A DNA stretch of 60,929 bases, the filler included, from Gonapodya sp. JEL0774 (Eukaryota), in the NCBI GenBank assembly GCA_027604505.1. It is 6 parts of 6 records of this genome, joined end to end, with 100 filler letters (N's around TTAATTAATTAA, not from the genome) between each part and the next. Parts side by side here need not be neighbours in the genome. Positions count along the whole stretch, not along the records: positions 50,920 to 60,929 come from JADIIX010000397.1; 5 more parts are not named here. One strand, given 5' to 3'. The position numbers were made by a program, and so were the translations under genes. The notes beneath the pieces are model-generated. The model made no database searches. It worked only from the letters and a program-made list of their open reading frames with translations, and had not been told where the DNA came from. Position 1 is the stretch's first letter. Each line of letters starts with the position of its first letter. Shown one piece after another: positions 60,625 to 60,929 of the stretch.

Positions 60625-60929
60625 ATCTCGAATGAGTTTCGAAAAGTTTTCAGAATATCTGACTCCCATCCTCATCCCAATCCCGGATGAGATTTCGAAA
60701 AGTTTTTCAGAATCTCTGACTCCCATTCTCATCCCAATCCCGGATGAGATTTCGAAAGGGTTTGTCGGAATATCTGACTCCCATCCTCATCCCAATCCTG
60801 CATGAGATTTCGAAATTTTTTTTCAGAATCTCTGACTCCCATCCTCATCCCAATCCCGGATGAGATTTCGAAAAGTTTCAGAATCTTCATCCCATCTTCA
60901 TCCCCATCCCCATCCTCTTCCCAATCCCG
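60625..60929 (-). repeat. Tandem array B: about 5 units of about 57 bp, same family as array A in inverted orientation; runs to the contig end
   Basis: The reverse complement of the unit, CGGGATTGGGATGAGGATGGGAGTCAGAGATTCTGAAAAACTTTTCGAAATCTCATC, aligns to the array A unit. Confidence 0.95.

Noticed and set aside
58575..60929. Palindromic arrays as CRISPR
   Set aside because: Units are contiguous with no unique spacers, and there are no cas genes.

Overview
This window is six unrelated ~10 kb eukaryotic contigs joined by artificial 100-nt linkers (44 N + TTAATTAATTAA + 44 N): 1-10118, 10219-20318, 20419-30510, 30611-40670, 40771-50819 and 50920-60929. Their lengths fall steadily, so they are size-sorted and adjacency across linkers means nothing. 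The DNA is an intron-dense fungal genome with short GT-AG introns and several micro-exons. Gene content (Skn7-type receiver, XPT1/HPT1, Agd3-like deacetylase, PL1 pectate lyase) fits an early-diverging, probably zoosporic fungus; that is an inference. Contigs 1-5 are mostly housekeeping and metabolic genes, with several oddities: RPB1 CTD heptads on 21-nt exons, a PPPDE/LRAT-like domain spliced onto a sterol glucosyltransferase, an F-box joined to a dynein-stalk-like domain, and an intron-containing IS3-like transposase. Contig 6 stands out for two things. (a) A minus-strand immune locus whose exons can be spliced in frame into one MLKL-like 4-helix bundle + intact kinase + PNP_UDP + PNP_UDP + NB-ARC + near-identical TPR protein. 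(b) Next to it, an intronless giant-virus-like island with AlkB, a type I glycoprotein and a 101-aa Kcv-like K+ channel; the last two genes lie between two palindromic tandem-repeat arrays in inverted orientation. All exon boundaries were read by eye and all family calls come from motif recognition, not database searches.
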